A DNA stretch of 64,000 nucleotides from Bacteroidales bacterium (GTDB lineage: Bacteria; Bacteroidota; Bacteroidia; Bacteroidales; JAHJDW01), in contig JAQUPB010000001.1 in NCBI GenBank assembly GCA_029004185.1, forward strand, positions 1,322 through 65,321. Direction: 5' to 3'. How positions within the stretch are numbered: position 1 is the stretch's first letter; each line of letters begins with the position of its first letter. This document shows, piece after piece, positions 45,406-55,415 of this stretch. The notes under the pieces were generated by a model. The model searched no databases. It saw only the letters and a program-made list of their open reading frames with translations, and had not been told where the DNA came from. The translations under genes and the position numbers were made by a program.

Positions 45406-46941
45406 TTATTTCTTGGGTTTTATAAAAATAAAGAAAGAATTAAAAAAAGCGAATAAAGTAACACCCACCTGGGTTTCGAGAGTATCTTCAGCGAGCATTG
45501 AAATAAAAACGATCAAAAAAAATGTAATATAGAAATAATCAAATTTTTTAAGTTTGAATAACGGGTAAAATAACGAAAACAAAAACCAAATTAGCCCGAA
45601 AACTCCAGATGCCACAGTAATTGCCAGAAATTGATTATGTGAATGAAACTGCCATCGTTGAGAAAGTTTTGTGTTCATTTCTTTATATTCATTTTTAAAA
45701 GCATTGTTCACATCGCCGGTTCCCGTTCCGAATAAAATGTTCTTTTTAATTATTCTTAAAGATGTTTTCCAGAATTCATACCGCATGATTGCTGAATACC
45801 CGCTTGGGTTCTTTGTTTGCTTGTAATTATCGTATTCGGCTAAAAATTTATAAAGACGCGACTTTATGCTAAACGGTTTTGTGTATTCAATATTTGCAAT
45901 TCCTTTTTCAATATATTTAATTTCATTTTCTGATAAACTGTTGATTGACATTGCATCTTTTGTGAGCCCTTTGGAAGTGAGAAAGCGAATTACTGTATAT
46001 TTTACTTTCTCAAAATTTATTTTACTTCTTTTATTCCACGCTGAATCAAGTTCTTTATAGCAAATGTTTCTCCACACATAATGTCCATTTTCCATTTGAG
46101 GATTGTTTAAATCACTTGAATATGAATTTCCTAATCGGGTTTTTTGCAATGGCATATCCAGATTGATAATATTCCATGCATAATAACTTCCGATTTGTTC
46201 GATAAGATAAACGCTTATGAAAAAAGGAATCAACACCAATAATGAGAATAAAATTATTCTGTAAATAACCCTTTTCGCTTTCCATATAAAATAAGCGGCA
46301 AGAAACAGACTTACGATTATGATTATTGCCAAACCTGTTACCGACTCCAATAAAATGAGAAATGAAACAAACCATAAAACAAAAATAATTTGCAATGCAG
46401 TCAGCCAAAAACCTAATGACTTAAAACTACTGATAATGAAATAAAACAATGAAAATACTGAAATGCAAATCATCAGGCTTAATCTTATGTGTGAAGTATA
46501 GATTGAAATCTGGCGTATATCGGTTATTTCATGTTTTGAAAAACCAAGTAAAACAAATACGCTTATAATGGTACTTGTAAAAACAGCGACAATAAACAAG
46601 TACATTAATCTTTCGAACCATTTTTTTTCAATGGGTTCTATTGAGGAAAATATCACAGGAAATGCCAGTAAAGGCAGTTTGGTTTTCAAATCGTTAAAAG
46701 CATAGTCAAAATCGCTTGTATAAATAAGTCCGATTAAATGCAAAAGATAAACCGAAGCAATTACAACGGCTATTTTATTTTGAAGGAATTTTTTTAATTT
46801 TGAAATTAAATTCCCCTCAGCAAACCAGGTGATGAGCAAGAGAAATTCTGATATGCTAAGCGTGAATTTTGAAAACGGCAGCGAAACAATGATGAGAGCG
46901 AAGCAACCCAGATAAATATATTTAAAAATCTCTTTCTTCAA
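45406..46941 (-). CDS. O-antigen ligase-like (Wzy_C) polytopic membrane protein
   Basis: 511 aa with more than 10 hydrophobic helices. QFHSHNQFLAITVASGVFGL resembles the Wzy_C/O-antigen ligase loop. Confidence 0.7.
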   Translation of the reverse strand: MKKEIFKYIYLGCFALIIVSLPFSKFTLSISEFLLLITWFAEGNLISKLKKFLQNKIAVVIASVYLLHLIGLIYTSDFDYAFNDLKTKLPLLAFPVIFSSIEPIEKKWFERLMYLFIVAVFTSTIISVFVLLGFSKHEITDIRQISIYTSHIRLSLMICISVFSLFYFIISSFKSLGFWLTALQIIFVLWFVSFLILLESVTGLAIIIIVSLFLAAYFIWKAKRVIYRIILFSLLVLIPFFISVYLIEQIGSYYAWNIINLDMPLQKTRLGNSYSSDLNNPQMENGHYVWRNICYKELDSAWNKRSKINFEKVKYTVIRFLTSKGLTKDAMSINSLSENEIKYIEKGIANIEYTKPFSIKSRLYKFLAEYDNYKQTKNPSGYSAIMRYEFWKTSLRIIKKNILFGTGTGDVNNAFKNEYKEMNTKLSQRWQFHSHNQFLAITVASGVFGLIWFLFSLFYPLFKLKKFDYFYITFFLIVFISMLAEDTLETQVGVTLFAFFNSFFIFIKPKK

Positions 46942-47143
46942 TTTGATGGTTTTATTTTTATTATAAACGTAAAACAGGATGATTAAGTATTATAACACAA
47001 AAACAAACTTCGAAATATTTTTTAACAATTGCAAACCACAATGAATTTATTTGACAGAATAAATGATAACTGTGTAATTGAAAAGAATTTTTTACTTTTG
47101 AAATTAAATCCCGGTTATACGGAAAAGGGTATAATAAAATTAT

Positions 47144-48787
47144 ATGTCAAAACAGCAAAAGCAAAAGGCAAAACAAAAAGTCGTTCAGCAAAAAGCAGTT
47201 ACTGATAAAGCTTCCGGGGGACAAAATTATTTTGAAAGAAACCATTCTTATATAATTACGATTGTTTTCTTTTTATTGTCATTGGCAGGAATATTGAATC
47301 ATGAAATGTGGCGTGACGAATATCAGGCGTGGATGGTAGCCGATGATGCTCATTCAATTCCTCAGCTTTTTCATAATCTTAAATATGAAGGAAACCCTGT
47401 TTTATGGCATCTCCTGCTTTTTGGGTTGACTTCAATTACAGGCAATGCATTTATAATGCAGATAGTGCACATAATTATTTCGGCGGCATTTATTTTTCTG
47501 ATAAACAAATATTCGCCATTTTCCATATTGCAAAAAATACTTTTAACTTTTGGTTATTACACATTTTTTGAGTTCAATATGATAAGCCGCGGATATGGAT
47601 TGGGATTTCTGCTTGTAGTGATAGTTTGCATATTATACAAGAACCGTTACAGATATTATCTGCCGGTTTCCGTTTTGCTTTTCCTGCTTGCAAACAGCAC
47701 TATTTTTGGGTTAATGCTTTCGGTAAGTTTTGCATTTATTATTTTACTGGATTATGTTATTTTAAAAAAGCAGAACAAAGTCGAAAACTTTCAATTTTAT
47801 AAAATTGCTATTGCCGGTATAATAATAATTGCCGGATGGATAACAGGGTTAATACAAATGCTTCCGTCGCCGGATAGCACTTTTCCTCTGAGTTATTTGG
47901 AGCACTATACATTCAGTATGGTTCGTTTTAAATATTCATTCATTTGCTCTCTTGGCGCTTATTTGCCAATTCCCGATTTCTGGGATTCATATTTTTGGAA
48001 TACAAATTTGTTTATTAAAAATTTCCATACACCTAACCTTATATTTTCGTTAATAGTTTTTTTGATATACATTATTGGATTTTTGCGTAATCGTCTTATA
48101 ACATTGTTTTTTACTGCCGGCACATTGCTTCAGATAGCATTTTATTATTACACCATGATGCCTACACTATACAGGTATGTGGGACATTTCACGGTTCTTC
48201 TGATAATATGTACATGGATAAATCATTATTATAATGAAGACAAATACAAAAATAAATTATTAAAAAACTTATCTTATCTGGGAAAGAAAATTTCAAAACC
48301 TTTATTTACAATTATTCTTGTTATTAGTTTTGTTGGAGGTATCGGTTCGTATTACCTTGATTTAATACATCCCTTTTCCACAAACTATAAAGCGGCAAAA
48401 TTCATCAGGGAAAATAAACTTCAGGATTTGAAAATTATCGGCGCTATTGATTTTATTGTTTCTCCGTTGGCAGTTGAGTTGCAGAAAAAGATTTATTATT
48501 CTCAAAGAAAAGAATTCGGAACATTCGCAGTTTGGGATAAAAAAAGGAAGCTGAATCCCGATATTGATGATTTGTTTGCTGCTATTGATGTTATGCAAAA
48601 AGCCGGAGAAACGAAATTTCTGGCAGTGTTGAGTTATCCGATTGCACAGGTAATTAACGGGCAGAAGATCGAACTTACCTCGGAGATGTTAACAGATAAT
48701 ATGAAAGGAACACTCCTGAAAAACATAAAACCGGGAATTGTAGAAAATGAAACGTATTTTATTTATTTAATAGAAAAAGTGAAATAA
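47144..48787 (+). CDS. Polytopic membrane protein, possibly a GT-C-type glycosyltransferase
   Basis: 547 aa. Basic N-terminus, about 10 hydrophobic helices (MWRDEYQAWMVA near the first loop) and a soluble C-terminal ~150 aa. Family not recognised. Confidence 0.5.
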   Translation: MSKQQKQKAKQKVVQQKAVTDKASGGQNYFERNHSYIITIVFFLLSLAGILNHEMWRDEYQAWMVADDAHSIPQLFHNLKYEGNPVLWHLLLFGLTSITGNAFIMQIVHIIISAAFIFLINKYSPFSILQKILLTFGYYTFFEFNMISRGYGLGFLLVVIVCILYKNRYRYYLPVSVLLFLLANSTIFGLMLSVSFAFIILLDYVILKKQNKVENFQFYKIAIAGIIIIAGWITGLIQMLPSPDSTFPLSYLEHYTFSMVRFKYSFICSLGAYLPIPDFWDSYFWNTNLFIKNFHTPNLIFSLIVFLIYIIGFLRNRLITLFFTAGTLLQIAFYYYTMMPTLYRYVGHFTVLLIICTWINHYYNEDKYKNKLLKNLSYLGKKISKPLFTIILVISFVGGIGSYYLDLIHPFSTNYKAAKFIRENKLQDLKIIGAIDFIVSPLAVELQKKIYYSQRKEFGTFAVWDKKRKLNPDIDDLFAAIDVMQKAGETKFLAVLSYPIAQVINGQKIELTSEMLTDNMKGTLLKNIKPGIVENETYFIYLIEKVK

Positions 48788-48813
48788 AAATATAAATAAT
48801 CAATGTTTGTTTA

Positions 48814-50508
48814 TTATTTACTTTTTTCCTGCTTATAAGTTCCGTTTAATATTGAAGTATACAGATTCTTGTTATTAAGCACATCGATGGCTTTTATTAT
48901 TTCGGTATCTTGCTGTAATGCACCTTCAATTCTTCCTTTCTGGTAATAGTATCTTGAGAGTATTTCTTCTTTCAGGAATTCTACTATTTCATCTTTGAAT
49001 GTTTTAAGGTCTTCATTTTTGTTATGAATAAGTTTATTTTTTAAAGCTTCGTATTCATCTTTTACCTTATCAAAATATTTTTCGTTTGTTGCTGTTGTTT
49101 TAAAATCCTCGATTTCCTTTTCGGTTCTTGTTTTATAGTCGTATTCCTTGTCGGAAAGGAAAGCAACAAAATCATTATAAATTTCGTCGGTGATTTTAAA
49201 ATTCTTAGCTGAAGGTATAGACTTATGTTTCATTGCATAGTTTGTTGCATAATCAAAAATAAGTTGTTTTGTAAGCAGGCTTACTGCAATTTCGCTGATT
49301 TTTCGTGGTTCCGTGATGACATCGGGCAATATTCCGCCGCCGTCATAAACTATTCTTCCTGCTTTTGTTTTAAAAGGATGCATAAGTGAATCGGGGATTT
49401 TACCGACACTTCCGTCTTCATTGCGGTGCGAATAATCAATTGCCTGAATGCATCTGCCGCTCGGCACGTAATATTTTGCAATTGTAATTTTTATGTTTGA
49501 ATTGTATGAAATGGGAAAAACATTCTGAACAAGTCCTTTTCCGTATGTTCTTTGACCTACTATTACTCCCCTGTCAAGGTCCTGAATCGAACCGGTAACA
49601 ATTTCTGAAGCCGATGCGCTGCCGCTATTAACAAGAATTACCAGAGGAATATCAGTATCAACAGGATTATTAAGAGTGCCGTGAGTTTGTGTTTGTTCTT
49701 TATCTCTTCCTTTTGTAGTAACTATTTCCTGTCCTTTTTTAAGAAATACGTTTGCAATATTTACTGCTTCTTTCAACAGTCCGCCGCCATTTCCGCGAAG
49801 GTCGAAAATAATTCCGCTGAGCTTGCTGTTTTTCGATTTCAGATCAACCAGAGCATCATGAACTTCTTTTCCTGCGCTTTCCTTGAATTCGGATAATCTT
49901 ATATAACCTGTGTTTTCGTTAATCATTCCATAATAAGGAATATTGCCGATTTTAATTTCTTCTCTTACTAATGTTTTTTCAATAGGATTTTGTTCGCCTT
50001 CCCTTTTAATCAATAATTTTAATGTTGTTCCCTGCTGACCTTTTAACATTGTACTTACATCAGCCGTATTCTTTCCTTTTACCGATTTACCATCAACTTC
50101 CAATACAACATCACCTGCTCTTAAATCGTTTTTCTGGGCGGGATATCCTTCATATGGCTCAGCTATAACAATGTAGTCGCCTTTTCTCTGAACCAATGCT
50201 CCTATTCCGCCGTACTGCCCGGTAGTCAAAAAGCGGTAATCTTCAATTTCCGATTCGGAAATATATGTTGTGTAAGGATCAAGTTCATCAAGCATTGCAC
50301 CTATAGCTGTCTCCATCAGTTTGGCGGGATTTGTTTCATCAACATACCGCAGATTCACTTCTTTATACAATGAAATGAAAATGTCAATGTTTTTTGATAT
50401 TTCGAAATAATTATCGGAAAAACTGAATGAGAAAACTGAAACGGCAATTAATGAAACCGCTAATAAAATTATTTTTATTTTCCGCGGAACTTTTTTTAAA
50501 AATTTCAT
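48814..50508 (-). CDS. S41 family C-terminal processing peptidase
   Basis: 564 aa. Signal anchor, a PDZ-like region (GDVVLEVDGKSV), VNSGSASASEI (catalytic Ser) and GQRTYGKGLVQ (Lys). Confidence 0.9.
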   Translation of the reverse strand: MKFLKKVPRKIKIILLAVSLIAVSVFSFSFSDNYFEISKNIDIFISLYKEVNLRYVDETNPAKLMETAIGAMLDELDPYTTYISESEIEDYRFLTTGQYGGIGALVQRKGDYIVIAEPYEGYPAQKNDLRAGDVVLEVDGKSVKGKNTADVSTMLKGQQGTTLKLLIKREGEQNPIEKTLVREEIKIGNIPYYGMINENTGYIRLSEFKESAGKEVHDALVDLKSKNSKLSGIIFDLRGNGGGLLKEAVNIANVFLKKGQEIVTTKGRDKEQTQTHGTLNNPVDTDIPLVILVNSGSASASEIVTGSIQDLDRGVIVGQRTYGKGLVQNVFPISYNSNIKITIAKYYVPSGRCIQAIDYSHRNEDGSVGKIPDSLMHPFKTKAGRIVYDGGGILPDVITEPRKISEIAVSLLTKQLIFDYATNYAMKHKSIPSAKNFKITDEIYNDFVAFLSDKEYDYKTRTEKEIEDFKTTATNEKYFDKVKDEYEALKNKLIHNKNEDLKTFKDEIVEFLKEEILSRYYYQKGRIEGALQQDTEIIKAIDVLNNKNLYTSILNGTYKQEKSK

Positions 50509-50543
50509 ATAATTTATTTTAAAATCCTAAATCCTAAATTCAT

Positions 50544-50765
50544 TCATGGTACTGGATCGTAACCGCTTCCTCCCCACGGATTGCACGATAAAAATCTTTT
50601 TAATGTTAAGTATCCTCCTTTAAAAATACCGTATTTTTTTACTGCTTCTATTCCGTATTCCGAACATGTAGGTGTATATCTGCACGACGGCATGAGGTAA
50701 GGCGAAATCGCATACTTATAAAATTTTATCAGTAAAATAGCTATTTTTGCCGGTATCTCTCTCAA
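50544..50765 (-). CDS. yidD: Membrane protein insertion efficiency factor
   Basis: 73 aa. YKYAISPYL...[10 protein letters not shown]. Overlaps the rnpA stop by 4 nt. Confidence 0.9.
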   Translation of the reverse strand: MREIPAKIAILLIKFYKYAISPYLMPSCRYTPTCSEYGIEAVKKYGIFKGGYLTLKRFLSCNPWGGSGYDPVP

Positions 50766-51136
50766 GTTATATTTATTAAACGTTGTAAAGTTAAAATTAT
50801 TTTTTCTTCCAGCTCTTTAAACGGAATTATATTTTTGTCAAGATAAATCAGTGCAAAGACGTATTGCTGTCCCGTTCTTTTCAGATGCTCATATAACAAT
50901 TCTTTATGTTTTCTGTATACTTCCTTTATTCTGCGTTTGATTTTATTTCTGTCAACTGCCTTTTTAATGTTTTTATTGGGTACAACTATTAATATTTTAG
51001 CAGGGAAATGTGATTCAAATATTGTTTTTAACCATATTGTTCTCAGCGGATGAACCGTAAAACTATTTCCTTTTTCGAATAATTCCGAAATAACTTTTCT
51101 GCTGCAAAGCCGTTCTTCTTTTTTAAATGTTTGCAT
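50762..51136 (-). CDS. rnpA: Ribonuclease P protein component
   Basis: 124 aa, basic. [18 protein letters not shown] motif. Classical rnpA-yidD arrangement. Confidence 0.85.
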   Translation of the reverse strand: MQTFKKEERLCSRKVISELFEKGNSFTVHPLRTIWLKTIFESHFPAKILIVVPNKNIKKAVDRNKIKRRIKEVYRKHKELLYEHLKRTGQQYVFALIYLDKNIIPFKELEEKIILTLQRLINIT

Positions 51137-51219
51137 GATAAAAGGAAATTTAAGAATACAAAGTTAAATTAAAAAAGGAAAATTAGGTTCTATAACGGAT
51201 ATTGCATATTAATTAAATT

Positions 51220-51275
51220 CGCCACAGATTCACAGATTACAAAAAGAATAATTTATAATCTGTGAATCTGTGGCG
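51220..51275. repeat. CACAGATT-family palindromic hairpin (copy C)
   Basis: cgccacagattcacagatt...aatctgtgaatctgtggcg. The arms are identical to copies A and D; the loop differs. Located just downstream of the hemD stop. Confidence 0.85.
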
Positions 51276-51321
51276 TTTTTAATTTTTAATAATCTGGAAT
51301 ATTACTGTAAATAGGTATAAA

Positions 51322-52131
51322 TTATTTTTTTCCGGCTTTTTTTGCAGCTTTTATTTTTTTCTGAACCGAATCGAAAGCTTTTTTGTTGGACTGCATAAAG
51401 AATTGATCTAATGCCATTGTCATTGAAGGAGCCTGGGGAGTAGGGGCAAATACGTCAACCTTTAATTTTGCTTCTTTGGCTGCTCTGGATGTAGTAGAGC
51501 CAAATGTTGCTATTTTTATATCCTTCTGAACGAAACCGGGATAGTTTTTAAATAATGATTTTATTCCGATAGGACTGAAAAAGACGAGCATGTCATAATT
51601 TAATTTTGCTCCGAGAATAGGAACCAGGTCATCAGGAGTTGTTTTATAAAAAGTTGCTTTTGTATGATTAATCTTGTTTTCTTCAAGGAATTCCGATATT
51701 TCGGAGCTAGGTGTATCCGAACAAGGTATCAGGAATTTATCATTCCTGTGCTTTTTAATTATATCGGATAAATCCGTAAAATTTTGTTTTCCGAAGAATA
51801 TCTTGCGTTTACGGTATATTATATATTTCTGAAGATAATACGCTGTTGATTCCGAAAGGCAAAAATATTTTGTGGTTTCAGGAACTGCAATTCTCAATTC
51901 GGCAAGCATTCTGAAAAAATTGTCGACAGCGTTTCTGCTTGTAAATATGACTGCCGTATAATCAAGAATATTTACCTTTTCTCTTCTGAAATCCTTGACA
52001 GGAACACCTTCAATTTTAAAGAATTTATGAAATGTGATTTTTATTTTGAATTTTTTTGCAAGCTCCAGATAAGGTGAATTTTCATTCTCCGGCTTTGGCT
52101 GAGAAACAAGCATGCTTTTAATTTCTTTCAT
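51322..52131 (-). CDS. hemD: Uroporphyrinogen-III synthase
   Basis: 269 aa. LVSQPKPENENSPYLELAKKF...FHKFFKIEGV...AVIFTSRNAVDNFF resembles Bacteroidota HemD-family proteins. Confidence 0.7.
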   Translation of the reverse strand: MKEIKSMLVSQPKPENENSPYLELAKKFKIKITFHKFFKIEGVPVKDFRREKVNILDYTAVIFTSRNAVDNFFRMLAELRIAVPETTKYFCLSESTAYYLQKYIIYRKRKIFFGKQNFTDLSDIIKKHRNDKFLIPCSDTPSSEISEFLEENKINHTKATFYKTTPDDLVPILGAKLNYDMLVFFSPIGIKSLFKNYPGFVQKDIKIATFGSTTSRAAKEAKLKVDVFAPTPQAPSMTMALDQFFMQSNKKAFDSVQKKIKAAKKAGKK

Positions 52132-52165
52132 CTTAAGAGCTTTAAAACTTGATTTTAAACTTTTT

Positions 52166-53011
52166 TTACCGGAAATATTCAGTAAATATTTTTATGAAAA
52201 TTATTACAGGTAAAACTTCAAGAGCACAAAGATATAAAAATAAATAAAATTTAGAAAATTTTAAATTAATGGAGCCAATTTCAATTCCTCTCAGAATTCT
52301 GTATGCATATGCTGTGAAAAATATACAAATACCTATATTCAGCAGCACAACTTTCCCAAAGCCCAGAAATGAAATTCCCATAACTATTGGTATGAGTGCA
52401 ACACCAACAACTTCGTTAAAAACATATACATTCAATATATACTCGGAAAATTCCTTTTTTAATCTGAATAATGCTCCTATAATTCGCAATAATATTGCTT
52501 TTATTGAGTAAATAAAAAATATTCCGACACATAAAACCATATAAGCTATGAACCCGTTTTCAGATATCAGGTTCAGTTTATGAAATCCGGCAACCTGATA
52601 AATAAACAAAGCCAAAGTGGTAATAAAAACCAGAAAAAGTTCTATGGCTCCTCTTTGTGAAAAAATGCTTCCTTCACGGTTAAGCTGCGAAATATATCTT
52701 AATGAAACCAGACAATACCCTATGGTTTTTAGTCTCTTGTTTGTTGCAGCCTTGATGAATGCAAATAATATTAATATAAAAATCAAAATGCCCGTAATCC
52801 AATCTTGTTTTTGTTCAATATGTGCCGCACTATAAGATTGTATTTTTAACAGATGATTTTTGAAAATAGATTCTTTGTATAATAATTGTTTCTTTAATCT
52901 TGCTGTGTTTTTCTTGGGTAAATAATAATAAGGCTTGTTTTCGGGAAAATTATAATCCGAACCTGCCAGAGAATCCAGGGGCTTATAGCAATGTAGTGTA
53001 TCAATCTGCAT
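52166..53011 (-). CDS. Polytopic membrane protein (DUF4271-like)
   Basis: 281 aa with about 6 hydrophobic helices. Its position upstream of the hemD-like gene matches my recollection of DUF4271 loci. Not verifiable here. Confidence 0.55.
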   Translation of the reverse strand: MQIDTLHCYKPLDSLAGSDYNFPENKPYYYLPKKNTARLKKQLLYKESIFKNHLLKIQSYSAAHIEQKQDWITGILIFILILFAFIKAATNKRLKTIGYCLVSLRYISQLNREGSIFSQRGAIELFLVFITTLALFIYQVAGFHKLNLISENGFIAYMVLCVGIFFIYSIKAILLRIIGALFRLKKEFSEYILNVYVFNEVVGVALIPIVMGISFLGFGKVVLLNIGICIFFTAYAYRILRGIEIGSINLKFSKFYLFLYLCALEVLPVIIFIKIFTEYFR

Positions 53012-53104
53012 ATCTCGCGTATATAAGAATGCAAAGTTAAAAGGTTATTTTGGAAAAAATATTTTTAGCAGTATTTTTAAACTTTAAGTACTGATTGTAC
53101 TTTA

Positions 53105-53208
53105 AATTGCCGTATTGTTATATTGTTTAATTGTTGTTTTTATTTTCATAGATATACTGATGACGCTTGAGTTTTAACAATTAAACAATGTAACAATTAA
53201 ACAATTTT
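53105..53208 (-). repeat. CAATTGT-armed hairpin element, copy 3 (inverted; loop core TCATCAGTATA on the minus strand)
   Basis: 53122-53135 (attgtttaattgtt) is perfectly complementary to 53176-53189 (aacaattaaacaat). The reverse complement of the loop aligns with copies 1 and 2. Confidence 0.8.
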
Positions 53209-53263
53209 ACTTCATAAAAAGATAAAATTTTAAATATTTGTAGTATGGTTACAATGTTATATT

Positions 53264-54127
53264 ATGTATTTTTCTCATATCTTTGAAAAAAAACCGCAAC
53301 AAACCTTGGAAGAAAAACTTGTTTCCATTATAATGCCCGCGTACAATGAAACTGATTATATTGCAGAGGCAATTCAGTCGGCTTTGGATCAGACTTATCA
53401 AAATTTTGAATTGTTAATTGTTGATAACGGCAGTACCGATAATACCGAAGGAGTTATAAAATCATTTGAAGATAAAAGAATAAATTATTTCAAGATTCAA
53501 ACAAATGTTGGAGTTGGCGCCGCAAGGAATACTGCCCTTGATAAAATGCAGGGAGATTATTTTATTTTTCTTGATGCAGACGACAAGCTTCCGCCTGATT
53601 CAATAAGACCGAGAGTGGATATTTTGAATTCAAATCCTGAAATTTATTTCGTGGGTGGTACCGTAATTTTAATGGACAGATTTTTAAGAAAACAAATTTC
53701 AGTTCATAAAACCGAAATCCATGGAAATCCTTTTTTGAAACTCGTCACACTTAGTCCGCAAGCCCATACTTCAAGCTCATGGCTCAGAAGAAGAGACAAG
53801 AATATAAATTACAGATTCAGGGAAAATATGCCTGCCTTTGAAGATTTGCTTTTTTCGGTTAATTATTCAAAAACAGGGTTGCTCACTAATATTGATGCAC
53901 TCGTTTTGTTTTATCGCAGGGGACATGGACAGACAACTTCATCAAAAAAAGCTTTTGAAGATGGCTACAGCATATTTTATGAAGAAATAAAGGAGCGTGA
54001 TGATATCGGAAGAAAAATAAAATTTCTTGTGAAGTATAAAATCATAAGGATTATGATTATGTCATATCTTAAATTATTCAGACCAATGAGTGCAATTAAA
54101 GTATTTTTCAGATATTTGTTTATATGA
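53264..54127 (+). CDS. Family 2 glycosyltransferase
   Basis: 287 aa. VSIIMPAYNETDYIAEAIQSALDQTYQNFELLIVDNGSTDNT and a DxD motif (LDADD). Confidence 0.85.
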   Translation: MYFSHIFEKKPQQTLEEKLVSIIMPAYNETDYIAEAIQSALDQTYQNFELLIVDNGSTDNTEGVIKSFEDKRINYFKIQTNVGVGAARNTALDKMQGDYFIFLDADDKLPPDSIRPRVDILNSNPEIYFVGGTVILMDRFLRKQISVHKTEIHGNPFLKLVTLSPQAHTSSSWLRRRDKNINYRFRENMPAFEDLLFSVNYSKTGLLTNIDALVLFYRRGHGQTTSSKKAFEDGYSIFYEEIKERDDIGRKIKFLVKYKIIRIMIMSYLKLFRPMSAIKVFFRYLFI

Positions 54128-55341
54128 ACATTCTTGTTTTAACATACTGGAGTTACAAAGAGCCGCTGATACAAACATATACGCTGCCATACCTGAAAAT
54201 TATAAATAAATATTTGCCGTCCGGCAGTAAAATTTATTTGCAAACGCTTGAAAAATCAAACTTAAAACTTTCGAAAAAAGAATTTATTAAAGAAACAGAA
54301 CTATTACAGAAAGAAAATATTTATCTCATACCTTTTAGCTATTCGAAGTTCGGACTTAAAGCAATTATAAAATGGAAATTTTATTTGCTTCGTTTATTGG
54401 TAATAATTTTCTCAAAAAAAATAAAATGCATTCATTGCTGGTGCACACCGGCGGGAGTCATCGGGTATATTTTATCGGTACTAACAGGGCGCTCGCTTAT
54501 AATTGACAGTTACGAACCCCACGCAGAATCAATAGTGGAAAACGGCGACTGGAAAAGAAATAGTTTTGCTTTTAAGATTTTGTTCTTTTTTGAAAAACTT
54601 CAAAGCCGAAGGGCAAAAGCAGTTATTGCCGCAACAAAAGGATTTGAGAACTGGGCTAAAATAAAATATAAAACAGAGTTTGAAAATTATTATGTAAAAC
54701 CTGCATGCACCGATTTCAACCAGTTTTCATCGCAGCCTGCAAAAGACGAAATGCTGATTAAAAAATTTGGTTTTGAAAATAAAATCGTTTGCGTTTATGC
54801 AGGAAAAATCGGAGGCATTTATCTTGAAAAGGAAATTTTCGATTTTTTTAAAGCAGCCTCGGATTTCTGGAAGGAAAAATTTTGCGTGCTTTTACTTACC
54901 GATACAGACAAAGAAAAAATTGAAAAATATATTTCTGCATCAGGACTTAATCCTGAAATTATTTTTTCGGAATATATTGATCATAAGGAAATGCACAAAT
55001 ATCTTGGCCTGGCCGATTTTGCTCTGAACCCCGTAAAACCAGTTCCCACAAAACGTTTTTGCACTTCTATTAAAGACGGCGAATACTGGGCAATGGGATT
55101 ACCTATTGTCATAACTCAAAACATTTCCGACGATTCGGAAATTATAGAAAAATATAAAATCGGCTCAATAATTAAAGATTTTACTTACGACAAATACATT
55201 GAGGCAATTGAGGAAATTGACAGTTTATTAAGAAATACTGACAGACAAACTTTAAAAAATAAAATTGTTGACATTGCAAAACAATACAGGAGTTTTGAAA
55301 TTGCTGATGAGATTTATAAGAAAATTTATAAAAATAATTAA
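54124..55341 (+). CDS. Glycosyltransferase (GT-B, family 4-like)
   Basis: 405 aa. Overlaps the GT2 stop by 4 nt. The C-terminal half has the GT1/GT4-like FALNPV...KDGEYWAMGLPIV segment. Confidence 0.65.
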   Translation: MNILVLTYWSYKEPLIQTYTLPYLKIINKYLPSGSKIYLQTLEKSNLKLSKKEFIKETELLQKENIYLIPFSYSKFGLKAIIKWKFYLLRLLVIIFSKKIKCIHCWCTPAGVIGYILSVLTGRSLIIDSYEPHAESIVENGDWKRNSFAFKILFFFEKLQSRRAKAVIAATKGFENWAKIKYKTEFENYYVKPACTDFNQFSSQPAKDEMLIKKFGFENKIVCVYAGKIGGIYLEKEIFDFFKAASDFWKEKFCVLLLTDTDKEKIEKYISASGLNPEIIFSEYIDHKEMHKYLGLADFALNPVKPVPTKRFCTSIKDGEYWAMGLPIVITQNISDDSEIIEKYKIGSIIKDFTYDKYIEAIEEIDSLLRNTDRQTLKNKIVDIAKQYRSFEIADEIYKKIYKNN

Positions 55342-55415
55342 GAATAAAAGTCGGGAGACCGGAGACGGAAGCAGAAAGAAAACAACTTTAAACCTTAAAC
55401 TTTAGACTTTAAACT